A DNA stretch of 64,000 bases, from contig OZ287754.1 in assembly GCA_965649765.1 (NCBI GenBank), positions 50,778,001 to 50,842,000 of the forward strand, written 5' to 3'. Position numbers and translations under genes: made by a program. Under the pieces are notes generated by a model. The model worked only from the letters and a program-made list of their open reading frames with translations, was not told the origin of the DNA and searched no databases. Shown here in pieces: positions 59,970-64,000 of this stretch. The DNA is from Bispira polyomma (taxonomy: Eukaryota). Each line of letters opens with the position of its first letter. The stretch's first letter is position 1.

Positions 59970-60201
59970 TCATAAAATATTTTTCACTTGTTGTTGCTTT
60001 GAATTCTATAGCTTGAATGTAGATTCAAAATGGTGATTTGGAAAGTGAAGCCTAAACAACAAGTGCGTGGGCTGTGATTGGCTAGTAGCCCAGTAAATAG
60101 CTACATATATTGTTGGTATAACCGAAATTAAGGTTGTGATGAAAGTTAAAAGGTTTGTAAGTGGACTGAAGTATCAGGCCCCTAAAGGGTCCTGCTGTGC
60201 A
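59970..60201 (-). repeat. Split direct repeat A1 (232 bp, 5' terminus)
   Basis: Matches 54576-54807 with a single T/C difference (AAGTG[T/C]GTGGG). Confidence 0.95.
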
Positions 60202-61727
60202 TATCGTACTACAAGAACTTATCTTTTCTAGACCACTGACCACTCACTCACCACTGTTTGCAGCCAATGTACCTCTATTTCAACCAATTGTCCAATCTCA
60301 AGTTAGATCGGCTTTACAAAATTGTTTAGAAAATATAGGTATTCCTTTACAATCACACAGCTTTCATACTTTTAGAAAGTCAGAAGCTACATTTGCCTTT
60401 AAGAAAAACGTATCTTTGCAGAATATTATGTTGCATGACCTTTAAAAGTCATCATCAGTTTAGGCGTATCTCCAACAAACATCTCAGGCTGCTTCAGTGG
60501 TACCTCACACTATAGCTGTGGCTATCCGTTTTTTTTAGTTGGGCTTGAGGCTTGAAATTTTAACATATTAATTTTTAACTTCTCTTATTGCCAACCTGTA
60601 CATAAATATTAAACTGTGAAAAAAAATCTCAAAAGGAATCTTTAGTGTCTTCAATTAAACTTGTATTAACTTCAATTAACTTACCTTTAACTTACCCATA
60701 AAATTACTTCAACTTACCTTTGAACTTCACCACTTGTGGACTGTGCATACCAAGTCCCTACAACGGACTACTAGGTCAGTCCACTCCACACATTATATCT
60801 ACCCTAATTATAGCTAATACCTTAAAACCTCCCCTAGAAAATGCTATGGCATCATCCTTTCCTCTGTCCATCCACCTGGGGGCCAATCGGTGTATGAAGT
60901 TCAGATAAAAGAGTTCCTGGTCCACAGGACCAGCAACCTTAAAAAGTTACTGGTCTGTAGAGAAAGTAGTCAGCCCGATTAAACGTAATATTAATAGTTT
61001 TCTTGTGTTATTTAATATTTATGTATTGTATAGATAGATTTCTTAAGTAAAAGTATACACTTTTATATCTTAGGCTCTTTATGTTTTGTGCTTAATCTGC
61101 ATATTAGCTCATGGAGTGGTAAATTGTGATTTAACTTGTTTATAATAAATTAAGGCTGCCACAACATACCAATATATGGATATATTCTGATATAGTCTCT
61201 CAAAGCAAAAAGCCAATTCGTAGTTCTGAGTGTGCATGCATCGTTACCGGAAGTGAAAATCTTTGGCACACATAAACAAATGACATAAATTATATAACCT
61301 GCCAAAATATATTAAAATGTTAATTCTCAGTTATTATTCCAAATAATACTCTCAGATTTGGATATATGATGTATAAGTATTGGTTCTTTGTAAATATATT
61401 TACTTTATTGTTAAAGGATTACAATTCCATTGAACTTTTATACACGCACCATATTTTGAAAAATAAAAATGCTGATTAATTATTAATAACTCAGAAAATA
61501 CTGTAAGTAAAAATTTTGCAAAAATATGATGAGAGAACCTATTATATTGCGATTACTATGCTACTTTTTCCATCAAAATCCCTTGGGAAATGACCGAGTT
61601 ATTAAATTTTAATTACGGGTACCCATATTTACTGGGTTGTTGGCTGCTTGTTTGCCATATACAAGTACGTATCGATAGAGTATTGTCACTATAAATCTTT
61701 TAATATCGCTCGCTTCCGGGGTAAATA

Positions 61728-62005
61728 CTAATACTCGGAGGTGATCGCCTCTGTGACGGAGAAATCACTTAATGCACTTTATACAGGGTTAAAAAAATTG
61801 CCCATAATCGCCTAAATCTTAGGACGTGGCTCTGAAATCGCCTAAAATCACCTGAATCACCTGGAGCTAGCTTAAAAATCGCCTAAATCTTGGGAGGCAG
61901 CTTGAAAATCGTCCAAATCTTGGGAGGTAATTTAAAATGTATTGTTACATATTTATTCTTTATTCGATAGGCGATTTTACCTCTATACGAAGCTCCGAGT
62001 ATTAG
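61728..62005. mobile_element. MITE with 13-bp TIR CTAATACTCGGAG and TA flanks; internal AAATCGCCTAAAT repeats
   Basis: TACTAATACTCGGAG (61726-61740) is the exact reverse complement of 61993-62007. Confidence 0.7.
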
Positions 62006-62040
62006 TAACTATCGGCTTCTGGGTCGTGTTTTAGACGAAA

Positions 62041-62271
62041 CCTCGCCTCATGTGTTAAATGAAATATATTCTAGCGAGATAGAAAGTTTTGAAAGCTGAG
62101 TACCCACCCTAAACACCCCAAATATGATGAGAATGTAGGCGAGAATAAAAGGAGTTTGCAGGCTGTGCCTCGCCTCGTGTGTCAAATAAAATGTATTCTA
62201 GCGTGATGGGAAGTTTGAAAAGCCGAGTACCCAACCGAAACACCCCCTAAATATGATGGGAATGTAAGCGA
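62041..62271. repeat. Two-copy tandem duplication, ~127-bp period
   Basis: CCTCGCCTC(A/G)TGTGT...GAGTACCCA...AAACACCCC...AAATATGATG at 62041 and 62168. Confidence 0.85.
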
Positions 62272-62399
62272 ATCACCACCTCCCCTTCAACCACAACTAG
62301 TAGTGGGCTATTCATGAATGTAAGGCTTTTTCTATAAAGTCTTAAGGGCTATTTACATTACTAATTTTACCTGTTCACGCAATGTGACACTTGGCTGAC

Positions 62400-63150
62400 C
62401 GCTTGAGCCGCTGGCTGTATGGAGGCATGATCCTGTCTACTTATTCCTTTTCCTGAGCTCACCATTGGGGGGCTAGGGTGGAATAGGTGTCCTGAGAGGC
62501 AGGATGTACCTATGCTAAGCAGTTGGTGTCCAAGGCGGGGTTTCCAGTGGCGGTCGAGGTGTCACCATGCTGGAACATTGTACGTTTCAACTTAGGATGT
62601 AAGGAATGTTTGTGGAAATCTGACTATGCCAGAGTAACACAATTTAGCAGTTCTGTTTCAAGAATTTCTGTAGTTATTTGTAAATTTCTTCTTACGTGGG
62701 AATCAGTGAGTGGAATCAAATGCGAATCTACTTGAAATTTGAACAAAGGTCAGTTATTGGGCCCACAGTACCATTGGTAGTTACCATACATAGGATGCCC
62801 AGGATCTATATTTTCACTACACAAAGTAATTTACTGTTACCTTTAGGACATGTTACCCTGTCTAAAGCATTTTTTTCTTTACCTGGAATAACTCCATGAA
62901 GAGAATTCTTTTGATACACCAACCTTAGCTTGGATTTGGGATTTTGATTTGCGGTACTCAAAGGAAGGTAAGCTGCTGCCAGCCATGTTGTCTTGCTCTT
63001 GTGTTGTTGCTCTAAATCTAGATCTAGCCTTTGCTGTGGTTGATGGTCCTTTGAGAGAGGTGTGAGCTGTGGGTAGTGATCTGAGATATAGTTATTGCTC
63101 AACTCCCTCTGCACTTGCTTGTTGGGTCTCACTGTCTGTTCCTGGATACG
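62400..63150 (-). mobile_element. Possible decayed LTR-retrotransposon leader/gag remnant
   Basis: Higher-GC, coding-like but stop-ridden minus-strand stretch. Weak tRNA-His-PBS-like TGCCGTATCCAGGA near 63140-63153. No diagnostic domain recognised. Confidence 0.25.
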
Positions 63151-64000
63151 GCAATAGAATATAAATGCACCATAACACTATAAATTATCCAGTTTAATTT
63201 AGTGTATATAAGAGCTTTAAAATCCAGTATAATTGTCAACCAATAAAAGTTGAAACAAAAAAGTATTAAAATAGAATATATCTTTATATAATATGTATAA
63301 TTGTAGATCTTGATTTGGATTTGTTTTGTTTCAACCTGGGGAAATATTAGCAGCTACATTGTATTTAGATGTTTGTACAGGAGCAGGGGTGACCAGTGGA
63401 CAGTAACAGTAAAAATGCAGTGACAAGTTGTTTGGAAAAGTGAGTCTAATTAGTCACCAGCCCATTAATAGTACAATGTATAAAGTTATGCATTCTGAGA
63501 TATTGTGCTACCTCCCGCTCAATCAATATGATCGACTTATTTAAAGCAAGAAATATATATTGATCACATTGCCTTATGTGTGTTAGTAAATATGCATCGA
63601 TGAGGTGTTTGTACAAGTACAAAGTGGTTGGTATTTATTACCAGCTCATTGATAGCACATTGTACATGTATTAGGTCAGGCTGATGTATTTGCTACCTCT
63701 AGCACAATCAATATGATTTTCGTATACAGGAATAAATGTATATTGATACCATTGTTTATTACATCACCTATATTTTAATTTGAAGATAGAGCTGTAGTTT
63801 AGTTTACAACTAAAGTTTCATGCTTGCTTAGCATGGATGGAATAAGGTCCTGCAGGGTCAGTATATTCTCTTTTATATCAACAATCCATTGCTTAATATA
63901 AACAGTGTCTTTATATATCAATATGTACATACACTTTGATGAAGTTCAGTGCTACTAAAACTGTGTGTATATAATAATGTAAGGATAAATCATTCCATAC

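Larger units (their letters stand above)
53635..60201 (-). mobile_element. Young full-length split-direct-repeat (Ngaro/PAT-type) DIRS-order retrotransposon 3, 6567 bp
   Basis: Sense order A1(60201-59970)-gag-ORFx-RT/RH-YR-B1(54998-54808)-A2(54807-54576)-spacer-B2(53825-53635). A copies differ at one position I could see; B copies appear identical. No TSD. Confidence 0.95.
50430..60800 (+). mobile_element. Old, heavily decayed DIRS-order element 2 (RT/RNaseH 51150-53010; YR 53143-53634 and 60202-60540), split by element 3
   Basis: FQSFLGKLLYVHKCVKSAHTFINRLL, VHLEMLNI, HIPGKHNNIANSLSR and FFGVFRLSNIPSHS..FD..KHFLR..APPGAHVKLKWA, resuming as LQELIFSRPL...SHSFHTFRKSEATFAF. Clearly paralogous to element 3. 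gag not seen. Confidence 0.88.

Overview
AT-rich, intron-containing animal genomic DNA (most likely a mollusc or other lophotrochozoan; this is an inference). The host content is a tandem cluster of atypical Hsp70-family HSPA12-like genes on the + strand. Two are intact 5-coding-exon genes: A at 4237-14478 (585 aa) and B at 39569-43240 (587 aa). A disrupted partial duplicate of A lies at 29352-32455, and an orphan 3'-flank at the window start points to a further paralog just upstream. The rest is dominated by transposons: (i) a nested Harbinger > Tx1 > (Kolobok-like MITE + L2) stack in intron 1 of gene A; (ii) three DIRS-order tyrosine-recombinase (YR) retrotransposons, including a very young split-direct-repeat copy (53635-60201) inserted without a TSD into the YR gene of an older relative; (iii) a decayed P/THAP9-type transposase next to a co-oriented, intron-containing PIF1-like helicase; and (iv) several MITEs, LINE fragments and minisatellites. 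The most novel-looking signals are as follows. All three YR elements have an AG splice acceptor directly after the RT/RNaseH region, in front of a YR frame with no ATG at its start, and the young copy has a phase-matched donor in gag, which predicts a spliced Gag-YR fusion protein. Two elements share a conserved unknown domain or ORF between gag and RT, and a structurally conserved hairpin at the circle junction. The P-transposase/PIF1 pair may be one composite element.
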